From: a virus
DNA: 64,000 nucleotides
Direction: 5' to 3' (one strand)
IMG/VR virus record: IMGVR_UViG_3300048851_000105
Span: 32,001-96,000 of that record
The notes beneath the pieces are model-generated. The model was not told where the DNA came from. It did no database searches and saw nothing but the letters and a program-made list of their open reading frames with translations. A program made the translations under genes and the position numbers. The first letter of the stretch is position 1; the number at the start of each line of letters is the position of its first letter. Shown piece after piece: positions 33,301 to 43,193 of the stretch.

Positions 33301-33918
33301 ATGGCTTTCAAGCACACGGCAGTCACCCCCGATGGCAAGCAGCACCACCGGACGTCGCAGAACCGTCAGTACCCCTTCGCCGTCGCAGTCGGACCGGTTC
33401 CGGTGGACGAGATGATCGATCGCATCGAGCACACCATCGCCTACGAGCAGTCGAACGTGGACCGCTACGACGCCGTCGTCGCCCACTTGCAGTCCGGAGC
33501 GGGCCTGGTCGAGCGCATCGATCCCGGCCGAGTTCGCTACTTCGCTCTGAAGGAGGACTTCTCCATCTGGGTCAAGCGCGACGTGCCGGAGGGCGTGGAG
33601 TCCTGGAACAGCAGCAAGTACCGCGCTACCCAGGAGCAGCAGAACGCAGCCATCGAGCAGCAGATCGTGGCCTACCAGGGCTACGCCGACTCGTCTCGCG
33701 AGAGCGTCGCCCGCAACGAGGCCCGCATCGCCGAACTGCGCGAGTCCGGCCAGGAGTTCGTCGGGGAGTGGCACATCGCCGGGTGGCAGAGCCGGGCGGA
33801 CCTGTCCTTCAAGTTCGCCAACACCGTCCGCGGTTATCTCACCTCCAAGGGCTGTGAGGTCAAGGTCATCGAGGCCACGTTCGTCGAGACCGGCCGCAAG
33901 CAGAAGGTCGAGGCCTGA
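33301..33918 (+). CDS. Hypothetical protein
   Basis: Cassette RBS; strongly GC3-biased codons. Confidence 0.7.
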   Translation: MAFKHTAVTPDGKQHHRTSQNRQYPFAVAVGPVPVDEMIDRIEHTIAYEQSNVDRYDAVVAHLQSGAGLVERIDPGRVRYFALKEDFSIWVKRDVPEGVESWNSSKYRATQEQQNAAIEQQIVAYQGYADSSRESVARNEARIAELRESGQEFVGEWHIAGWQSRADLSFKFANTVRGYLTSKGCEVKVIEATFVETGRKQKVEA

Positions 33919-35237
33919 CCCGTGCAGCAGACGCACCGCACTCTCGTTCTCGTCGCGGTCGGCGACAAGGTCGCCCTCTGGGACGAGGACATGAATCGAC
34001 TCTTCCACGGCACGCTCGTGGCCCACTCGCATGACAGCGAGTCGGCTATCGAGGGCCGCCGTGGTTCGTTCACCATTCGCCAGCGCAGCGGGCATCTGCT
34101 TCGCGGCCACGGCACGATCCGGAAGGCCTGATCGTGTCCGACCAGACCCCCAAGACCTACGTCGCTCGCCCTACCGAGGTCGAGGCGATGGAGTACCGCA
34201 ACAACCTCGACGTTCAGCCAATCCTCGCGTGGGTCAACGCCGGTCTCGAAGAGCCCCTCGCTGAGTACCGGAGTTACTTCAACGCTCCGATCTACATCGA
34301 GGAGGAAAACGGCGAGATCGCGACGGCCGTTCAAGGAGACGTCATCGTCAAGTACAGCAGTCGAGACTTTCAGGTGATGCTGAGTAAAGAGTTCTCGGCT
34401 CGGTTCGAGGAGAGGCGATGACGAAGCGCTGCGAACTGCGCAAGGTCTGGGTTGGCCCCGACGTCGCCGATCGCGACATGCGGTGGGCCTTCGAGTGGAA
34501 CTGCGACGGCCAGTGCGATGCCGACGAGAGATGCCCCAGCGTGTGGCGTGAGCCCACGGTCTCCTACGGTGCCGTCGCGCGCGGTGAAGCCCTCGCTGCG
34601 GGCCACCCCGACTGGATGCACGTCACGCAGTGGCCGCTTCCTCCGGAGCCAGAGGTTGCTCAGGACCCGCTTCCGTGGGTCTCGTGGGGCGTGCGCTACC
34701 CGGCCGATCTCGGTCCCACACGCTACGAGCCTCGCTCGCAGGAAGACCTCAGAGCCCGGAGCGCAGATCAGGTGCTCCGGGATCACGAACGCGCGGAGAA
34801 ACTCCGCCAGAGAGCGTCTCAGGGCTCCTGAGACCACACAGAAGGAATCATGACCCACACCAACCAGAAGGCTCGATCCGTCTCGACGATCGTCCTCTCC
34901 TCCTTGCTCGCCCTCGCGGTCATCGCCGGTGCCGTGCTTGCTCTCGTCATGGTCAACACGATCATCGACCGGGATCGAGTCGTGGCCTCTCAGAAGACCA
35001 CCATCTCCAGCCTGGAGGACGAGGTCGCCATGCTCGACTCCTCGGTCCTCTCGCTCACCAGCGACCTGGCGGACTGCCGCGGTGCCGCACTTGCGTGGCA
35101 GAGCGCGGGCAAGTCGATCGCCGAGCACACTCGCTCATGGCTCGACACCTTCCCGTATGGTGATGACCTCGACCTGTCCGAAGCCACCGAGTTCGCCGAC
35201 GAGGCGCACTCCTTCAACTGCATCTAAGGAATCCTCA

Positions 35238-35558
35238 ATGAAGATTTTCGACCTCCCCCGCGCGGCGGGCAAGACGACCACCCTGGCGAAGATGATGCAG
35301 GAGAACGCTGACCTGATCTACGTGTGTCCGACCATGGGGCAGGCTCAGAGGGTCGCCTTCGTCATCTCAAAGCGTCTCGACCCCAACATCTCGTCGCGCC
35401 GTTTCATGTCGGCCCAGGCCTATCTCGATCAGTACGGTATGGGCGCAGGATTCTCAGGGGATCGGCCCCCTATCGTCGTCGACGAACTCGATCGAGTTCT
35501 CGAAACGCTCTTCCAGACCAAGGTCGTCGCCGGAGCCCTCACATCGGAGCCGCTGTGA
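35238..35558 (+). CDS. Small P-loop NTPase-like protein
   Basis: LPRAAGKTT Walker A, LIYVCPT, IVVDE Walker B in 106 aa. Confidence 0.55.
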   Translation: MKIFDLPRAAGKTTTLAKMMQENADLIYVCPTMGQAQRVAFVISKRLDPNISSRRFMSAQAYLDQYGMGAGFSGDRPPIVVDELDRVLETLFQTKVVAGALTSEPL

Positions 35559-36741
35559 GGAAGATTCCGACCATCCACCGGGACGGCACGTTCGTCTACA
35601 AGGGCGTGAAGTACCGTGTCGGCCGCGGCAGCGATCGTCCCGAGCGAGACGGTAGCCGGTTCGTCGAGCGTGTGGACGACCTGAAGGTCGTGGCGGAGGG
35701 CTTCGGCTACCTCGAAGAGGTCCGGGGCTGGCTCCTGCGGGCCGTCCGCGAGGACTGGGACGATCTCGATGAACTCAGTTCGGTCGAGGACATGTACAAG
35801 GTCAAGCATTATGGCCGCTGAGACGCCCCGGTGGCGGCAGGACATCGTCCCGCCTGGAATGCCGGACGACGAGACCGCGGAGATGTTCGCTGCGGCCGAG
35901 CGCGTCTACCCTCCGACTGAGGGGTACGTCGAGCGCGTCATGAACGCGCAGAGGCGAATCTTCTGTGAGGGCTGGGTGCACGCCTGGAGGCGCCAGCACC
36001 AGTACCTGGACCACTCGCCGGGGGATTCGAGAAACACAGAGTAATTCTCACATCGATCTTGCGTAGGTAGGGTGACAGGAGTAACGTTACCTACGTGGGA
36101 AAGACGATGAAGCGCTTCTGGGGCCGGGTGGCCATCGAGGCGGGCGACTACGTCGACAAGGCCAACAACGTGTTGGGCTGGATCACCTACAACATGGCCT
36201 AGGAGGCCTCGTGCAACTCTTCAGCAGCGGCAAGCATCACTCGCTCACCCGCGATCCGTTCCCCTACCGCACCGTCACCGGCACGCGAGGTGGCAGGCGG
36301 CTCCCTGGCTACACCCTGATCTTCGAGCCCCGGCCTCAGTTCGATGAGGTCCCCCTCACCAACGGGATCAACCTGTTCGTGGCAGAGTTCCGTGACAGCG
36401 TCAAGACGGCCCCCACGCCGCGTGATGAAGTCAGGGGCTGGATCGAGTACCTGGAGGCCGTCATGGCGCATCCGAAGACGAAGCCTCACGACTCCCGTGA
36501 GCACGCTCTGCGAGTCATCAAGCGCTACGCGAGCCTGATCGAAGAGAAGGACCAGACCGAGCAGACCATCGCCGCGATCCACCGAGCGGCGGGCACGAGC
36601 CTGTGACCCGCCTGCTCGGGGCTCTGCTCCTCATTGCGGCCCTCTACGTCCTCGTTGGCGCCCCGGATCGGCCACGGTCTCGTCCTAGTGCATGACCCTC
36701 GTACTGGGGTAGCCTGAGCACACACCCAGCCGAGGAGAGCC

Positions 36742-38325
36742 ATGTCCCTGTACGACACCGCACTGGAAGAGCACCGCCGCATCATCGAAGAGGGCATCGC
36801 CGACCTGGAGGCCCAGGTCGCAGCGGAGCGGCGCAGGGCCGGAGAGGCCGAGAGCGCCCTGGAGACGGAGTTCCAGGCGCATAGTGCCACACGGAATCTT
36901 CTTGACGAGCGCACGACGGCTCTGGGAGACGAGCAGCGCGCGCACAGCGCCACCAAGAATCTTCTCGCTGAGAGGAACACCAGGGTCATCTCGCTGGAGA
37001 CGCAGATCGACCTCTTGAAGCGAGAGATCGTCGCGCTGAAGGAGCAACTCGGTGGCATCACCCAGCCCGGCCTGTTCGACCCGATCTCGTACAAGACGAT
37101 CGAGGAACTGCGGAAGGGCATGGGAATCCCGGACGACGTCAAGATGGTCGAGTGGCGCTTCGGAGACGACGTCATGCTCGAAGAGGCCTGCATGCAGTTG
37201 GCCGCCGACGAGGTGCTCGTGCTCCCCGAGCGCAAGGGCAAGCCGTACTACGTCGACACCTCCCTCGGCTTCCGCGCTGCGGGCGTCACGCACCTCCAGA
37301 ACGGCCCGGGCGAGGCGAACAAGATCAAGATCGAGAACACGTACAAGGGACGCAACGCGCGGACGTGGTTCGCGATGGTGCGCGCCAACCGGGGCATCGT
37401 CGCCATGGGACCGGACGCGGTCATCTCGATGTCGGACTCGCCCTTCCGCATGGGCCAGCAGGCTCCGCAGGGGCAGATGGGGTACTGGACCACGCCGAGC
37501 GCGGGGCGACCCAGCGAACTGAAGACGCTGTCGAGTGCCACCATGCGCGTGATCGAGACCGACTCCCCGCTGACTACCTACTTCGCGAACCTCACGGTCA
37601 TCGGCCGGGACCTCGGCGGAGTGGCGTACTCCGGGCTCGTGCAGAAGAGCGGCGTGGCCAAGCGCATCCGTCCCATCGGCTTCCACCGTGGCTTCCTCAA
37701 CCGCCCGAACGGTGAGACCGGCGCCGTGACCTTCAACGGCCGCTACCTCGTCGAGAACATCGACATCACCGGCCGCGACCTCGTGACGGGCAAGCGGGTC
37801 GGCACCAGCCCGATCATGATCAACTCCTCCCCGGGCGGCAAGATCAAGGACTGCTACGTGCACGACACGGTCGCGGGCCCCGGCATCACCACCTGGAACT
37901 CCAGCGGGAAGCACACCTGGGAGAACGTCCGCACCGAGTCGGCCAGTGGGATCAACCTCGAAGCCAACCGGGAGGGGTTCGAGTTCGAGTGGATCGGAGG
38001 CACCGACTTCGTCGACTACCACAAGGGCGAGAATGGCCGGAACGATCGTCCGGAGTTCCCCGACGCGAAGCCGGGCGGCAACACCTCGCTCCACATCGGG
38101 GTGCGCAGTCCGTACGGCTCGCAGAAGATCACCCTGAGGGGCGTCGAGATCGACCAGGGCCCGTGGCCGGGATTCCTCTCCGTCCAGATTTACTGGGCGA
38201 AGGACGAGAAGACGGGCCTGCCGAGCGAGCCTCGTCTCCAGAAGGTCTCGGACATCCAGGCGTTCGACAAGAACGGGAAGCCGATCCCCGTGCGCACGAC
38301 CGAGGGCGCCGCGGGCGGGGTGTGA
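36742..38325 (+). CDS. Coiled-coil plus probable beta-helix protein
   Basis: GAGGAG RBS; N-terminal coiled coil with AHSATxNLL repeat; C-terminal VENIDI, IKDCYVHD, WENVR, LRGVEI strands. Confidence 0.5.
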   Translation: MSLYDTALEEHRRIIEEGIADLEAQVAAERRRAGEAESALETEFQAHSATRNLLDERTTALGDEQRAHSATKNLLAERNTRVISLETQIDLLKREIVALKEQLGGITQPGLFDPISYKTIEELRKGMGIPDDVKMVEWRFGDDVMLEEACMQLAADEVLVLPERKGKPYYVDTSLGFRAAGVTHLQNGPGEANKIKIENTYKGRNARTWFAMVRANRGIVAMGPDAVISMSDSPFRMGQQAPQGQMGYWTTPSAGRPSELKTLSSATMRVIETDSPLTTYFANLTVIGRDLGGVAYSGLVQKSGVAKRIRPIGFHRGFLNRPNGETGAVTFNGRYLVENIDITGRDLVTGKRVGTSPIMINSSPGGKIKDCYVHDTVAGPGITTWNSSGKHTWENVRTESASGINLEANREGFEFEWIGGTDFVDYHKGENGRNDRPEFPDAKPGGNTSLHIGVRSPYGSQKITLRGVEIDQGPWPGFLSVQIYWAKDEKTGLPSEPRLQKVSDIQAFDKNGKPIPVRTTEGAAGGV

Positions 38326-38377
38326 GACGCGCTCCTTCCAGAAGCGAGAATTTCTCTGTAGCAGTTGCGCCGACACG

Positions 38378-38432
38378 GTGACCCGTGTAACGTAGACCTT
38401 GTCAGAGAGACCGCTTCTGGAAGGAGCACCCC
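38378..38432 (+). promoter_or_regulatory. Repeated promoter/operator plus 5'UTR cassette
   Basis: GTGAC CCGT GTAAC..TGTCAGAGAGACCGCTTCTGGAAGGAGCACCCC-GTG. Confidence 0.75.
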
Positions 38433-38984
38433 GTGAGCAAGTACATCACCGTTGCCGACACTGCCAAGGAACTGCGCAAGGCCCTGAAGGCCGCGTTCCC
38501 GGACCAGAAGTTCTCCGTTCGCTCCCACTCCTACGCTGGTGGAGCCAGCATCGACGTCCGTTACGTCGACGGCCCCGACGAGGGTGCGGTCAAGGCCGTG
38601 GCCGACCAGTTCTCCGGAGCCGCCTTCGACGGCATGATCGACCTGAAGTCGTACCACTCCAGCCACCACAACGGCGAGGAGGTCCACTGGGGCGCCGACT
38701 TCGTCTTCGTCACCCGTGAGTTCTCCCAGGCGGTCGAGGAGAAGGCCAAGAAGATCGTCGAGGACGCCATCTACGCCGAGCACGGCACGGTCAACCCGGG
38801 TCGCTTCTACGACGTCCCGCAGGAGTTCTTCTCCCGGGCCAGCATCGCCAACGGCGGCAAGAACGAGTTCGGCTCGTACAACTTCTCCTGGCGTGAGACC
38901 TCGACCCACAGCCTGGTCCACATCATGTCCTCGTGGATCGCCAACGAGGCGTGGTTCGACACTCACCAGGCGGTGGCCGCGTGA
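38433..38984 (+). CDS. LPD29-like domain protein
   Basis: DTAKELRKALKAAFPDQKFSVRSHSYAGGASIDVRYVDGP..FDGMID. Confidence 0.65.
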   Translation: MSKYITVADTAKELRKALKAAFPDQKFSVRSHSYAGGASIDVRYVDGPDEGAVKAVADQFSGAAFDGMIDLKSYHSSHHNGEEVHWGADFVFVTREFSQAVEEKAKKIVEDAIYAEHGTVNPGRFYDVPQEFFSRASIANGGKNEFGSYNFSWRETSTHSLVHIMSSWIANEAWFDTHQAVAA

Positions 38985-41209
38985 GCGCCCCTGTCGTCCA
39001 CTACCAGAGCCTCTACCTCAACGCCATGCTGAAGGCGCGGGGTACGGACCAGGACGCACACGAGGCCGGTCTGGCGGCCGTGAAGGTCCAGACGGAACTC
39101 ACCCCCGAACTCCTGGACGACCTCCGCGAGTTCTTCCCCGAAGGAGTCGACGCATGACCGCCAGTAGGGAGGAGACCCGGGTCTGCCCGCGGTCGCACCC
39201 CAGTGCTCCACACAACATGTACCGCGACGAGACACACGACTTCATCTGGTACTGCCCCATGGAGCGTGCCGCAGAGCGCGCAGAGGCATACCGCTTGGAG
39301 CGGGAAGCGATCGAGCGCGCGGAGCGCATCGAGACCCTCGCCGCTGCGATTCGAGAAATCGACGGAGCCCACGACATGGGCGCTGGCGCACTCGCCGAGG
39401 CTCTCGTCGATCGGGGGTGGAAGCAGTGACCGAGTCCAGCGTCGACCACTACATCATCGTCAAGGTGAGCGACATCCCGGCAGCGGAGCGTCCAGTGCCG
39501 TCGAGATCGAACCTTGGCCGGGTCAGCGGAGCGCTCCGAGATTTCACAGAGGAGTACCCGGACATCCCACTCTCCTTCGTGCCGTTCAACGCCGAGCGCA
39601 GTCGTTCTGTCTTCGGCACGCCGAGCCAGTGGACTCTCGTGAGAGACCTCTTCGAGTTCGAGATGGCCGCCGCCAAGAGGGTGTCGAGGCCGCGGCGACA
39701 GCGTGCTCCAAAGCAGCAGGCGCTGATCGAGCGATCGAGGTACCGGGGTCGAGCCATTCGTGCCGCGTTCGTCGTTCTCGGCTACTTCGAGAAGTACGGG
39801 GAGGACGTCATCGAAGGAATCCTCGTTCGAGAAGAGCGCCGACTGGCCAAGGCGGCCGAGAAGGGCGAATCACAGGCATGACTGACATCGAGCAGGACAT
39901 GAAGGACGACGCGCTCAACGAGTTCATCATGGACGACGTCCGAGATCGTCTCGTGGCGAGCGGGATGAATCAGTGGACCGCGAACGAGTGCCTGAGCAGT
40001 GTCGTGCCACCCGTCCAAGACGCCATCCGCGAGGCCATGCAGGATGCACTGGCCTCGGCCGTTCGCCGGACGGTGATCGACATCTTCACGCTCGTCGAGG
40101 GTCTGGAGTCCTACCAGCACGCTTCCTACTACGCGCAGCAGATCGCAGGCAAGTACGCGATCAATCGCGAGAGTGGCGAAGACACCGTGACTAGTGTAAC
40201 GTAGAGAACGTGAAGACGAACCTCTGTGCCAAGCACCGCAGCGATCGAGACAAGTGGCTCGACGCTCCCCCCATTCGCCACGAAATCGTCATCGACGCCC
40301 GCACCGGCCCGACCGGCAACGCGCGGCGTCTGATGCAGCAGCAGATCGCTCTCATCGAGTCCTTCTGCGCCAACCAGAGAGGATGTGCCGTGTGAAGACG
40401 TCAGAAGCAGTCGCTCGGCTCACGGCCTATCTCGACGAGATGGACCGCATCAACGCGAAGAGCACCCTCACCTACGGCGACGTGGTGCACGGCATCAACG
40501 ATCTCGAACTCCGGCGCAGCGACATCCGCGCAGTGCTCTCCGAGGCGGCGAAGTGACGCGCCGACTCGTGGCCAAGGGCCGCAAGCGTCCCCCGTACGCC
40601 ACGCAGACGTGGCAGTACGTCCTGGAGGACCCTCTGTGGCGCCCTCAGGCCCCGAACGAACCCGCCCCGGTAGACGGGGACCTGCGGCGAAAGATCGCCC
40701 TGGAGAGCCGCGATCCGGAGGACCTGCGATGACAGACCCCACTCTCGAACCGACGCAGCGCTACTTGCTGAAGACCACCCCCGCCGGTGACCTCATGCTC
40801 GTCGTGCCGGACACTTCTCGAAATCGAGAACTCATCACCGACGTGGCCGCCCACGTGGAGGCTGCGAAGTGATCAAGCAGCGCTTCTACGTGGACGCCAC
40901 CGCGCGTAACCCGCACGAGAAGAACGCCGTCTACGTGCGAGGCATCAACGCCCCCATCTGGGTCGGCTACAACGAGACCGTGGCCAAGGAGGGCGCCCAG
41001 CGCCTCAACGACGCGGAGGCCATCGGCGCTCTCGTGGGCTGGCCCTGGGAGGACAAGACCGGGCTCGGACTGCCGCTCCGCCGGAAGGGCTGGACCGTGG
41101 ACGATCTCATCTCGGCCGCCAAGGGCGGGGAACTCGACCGCGAGGCAATCCGGCGCGCGGGCACCCTCATCCAGGCCATCGCGGTGGTCGCGAACGGAAA
41201 GGCGAAGCG

Positions 41210-41848
41210 ATGATCGTTCTCCTCGACCTCGACGACACCATGACCGACTGGACCGGTCGGCTCGACAAGGGCCTCGACGTGACGCCCAGCCTGGCTCACG
41301 TACCCCGCGGCGCCGACCGCACGGCGTTCGACCTCATGCACGGGCTCGACAAGGACCAGCAGAAGACCATGAGGGGTCTGCTCGACGAGGCGGAGTTCTA
41401 CCGGCACCTGGAGCCGCTCCCGGGCGCTGTGGAGTCCTTCCGGCACCTGATCGAGGCAGGACACGACGTCTTCATCGTCTCGACGCCCTGGCGGGGCAAC
41501 CACGCCTCCCCGGCCGAGAAGACGATGTGGGTGGACGAGCACATGGGAGACGAGGGGGTGAAGCGGCTGATCCTCACCCACGACAAGACGCTCGTGCACG
41601 GCGACGTGCTCGTCGACGACAAGCCCGTCATCACCGGCGTCATGCGGCCGCACTGGACGCGCATCATGTTCAACCAGCCCCACAACGCCGCGGTCGACTA
41701 CCCGCTTCGTCTGAACGGCTGGGACCGGCTCACCCTGGCACTGCACTGGGCTGCCCACTGCCGCACGCCGTGGCACGACCAGAAGAACCAGCCCGCACTG
41801 AGGTCCTGTGAGGGCTGCCGGGGCTATGAGAGGGAGATGAACTCATGA
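41210..41848 (+). CDS. 5'(3')-deoxyribonucleotidase (NT5C, HAD family)
   Basis: LLDLDDTM, FYRHLEPLPGA, IVSTP, EKTMWV, LTHDKTLVHGDVLVDD, QPHN. Confidence 0.9.
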   Translation: MIVLLDLDDTMTDWTGRLDKGLDVTPSLAHVPRGADRTAFDLMHGLDKDQQKTMRGLLDEAEFYRHLEPLPGAVESFRHLIEAGHDVFIVSTPWRGNHASPAEKTMWVDEHMGDEGVKRLILTHDKTLVHGDVLVDDKPVITGVMRPHWTRIMFNQPHNAAVDYPLRLNGWDRLTLALHWAAHCRTPWHDQKNQPALRSCEGCRGYEREMNS

Positions 41849-42288
41849 ACGACAACGCGCTCATTCCGACTGCGCAGGCCATCGCCACGATCGCGCACCG
41901 CGGCCAGACCGACAAGGCGGGGGCTCCCTATATCGAGCACCCGAAGCGCGTCGCCGCCCTCCTGGAGCAGCAGAACAGCAACGACATCATCGTCGCGGCC
42001 GGGTGGCTGCACGACGTCGTGGAGGACTCCGACATCACGCTGGACGATCTTCTGGACGCAGGCATCCCCTCTGCCTGCGTCCAGACTGTCAATCTCCTCA
42101 CTCGTCGGCCGGATGTGCCGTACGACGAGTATTACCGGGCGATCTCCCAGAACGGCTTCGCTCTCCGGGTCAAGGTCGCCGACATCCGAGACAACACCGA
42201 TATCCGGCGCCTCGCTCAACTCGACCCCCAGATGCAGACCCGTCTCATCGCCAAGTACGCCACTGCGCTCGACGCGCTCGGCGTCTGA
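41845..42288 (+). CDS. HD-domain small alarmone ((p)ppGpp) hydrolase-like protein
   Basis: AHRGQTDKAGAPYIEHP, AGWLHDVVEDS, VKVADIRDN. Confidence 0.8.
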   Translation: MNDNALIPTAQAIATIAHRGQTDKAGAPYIEHPKRVAALLEQQNSNDIIVAAGWLHDVVEDSDITLDDLLDAGIPSACVQTVNLLTRRPDVPYDEYYRAISQNGFALRVKVADIRDNTDIRRLAQLDPQMQTRLIAKYATALDALGV

Positions 42289-42770
42289 TCACGAAAGAAG
42301 ATTCCTCACATGGCACTCTCCGACCAGGACAAGGCCCGACTCGACCGTATGGGCTACCCCGAGATCGTCTTCATCGGCGCCGTCTCCGGCCAGTGGCCGA
42401 AGCAGACGTTCATCAACGAAGGCCAGGCCATGTTCTGGCTCTCCTCGCCCGAGGAGGAGAATCGGAGCAAGTACATGATCCGCGTCAACCTCCACACCGG
42501 CGAGGTCGTGCAGGTGCGGCTGAAGGCGCGCATCGTCGAGCAGGAACTGGTGCCGGTCGAAGATGAGTGATCCCGACTACGTGGTGATCCGGGTGGCTAC
42601 CGCCTTGCGAGGAACGGTTCCGCCTGACCTGGACGGCAAGTGGTTCGACCTCAGCACCATGCGACAGGCGCCGGACTCGATCGGCGCAGGCACGCACACC
42701 GCAGTGCCCGCGGGAAGATTCGAGGTCCGGGAGGATGGCGCGGTGGCAGAGGTCTGGGAGTTGCGTCGAG

Positions 42771-43193
42771 ATGAGTGATCTTGGGCCCCTCTTCCACTGG
42801 AGTCCGCGCGAGCGCCTGAAGTCGATTCAGCGACTCGGCCTCATGCCCGGGCGCCTCAACGTCAGCCCGCACTACCACTGGGACGAGGACGGCAACGAGA
42901 CCAAGCAGCCCTACCGACAGGACAGCGTCTCGTTCTCGCTCGACCCGGCCACTGCCTGGGCCTACTCGCACGGCGCGTGGCGCAGCGAGGGCACGTTCGA
43001 CCTGTGGATGGTCATCCTCAGTTCCGAGGACGAGGTCCACGTCAACCCGATGTGGGGCGGCCGGATCACTGAGGTGCGCGTCCACAACCGAATCATGAAA
43101 CGGCGACTCATCTGGATCGGTGAGCGCACAGTGGCACCGAAGGCCGTTACCGGCGTAACACAGGCAACTGACAAGGAGGACCCCCATGGGTGA
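42771..43193 (+). CDS. ADP-ribosyltransferase/KptA-like fold protein
   Basis: LFHWSPRERLKSIQRLGLMPG, VSFSLDP, late EVRV..RI. Confidence 0.5.
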   Translation: MSDLGPLFHWSPRERLKSIQRLGLMPGRLNVSPHYHWDEDGNETKQPYRQDSVSFSLDPATAWAYSHGAWRSEGTFDLWMVILSSEDEVHVNPMWGGRITEVRVHNRIMKRRLIWIGERTVAPKAVTGVTQATDKEDPHG

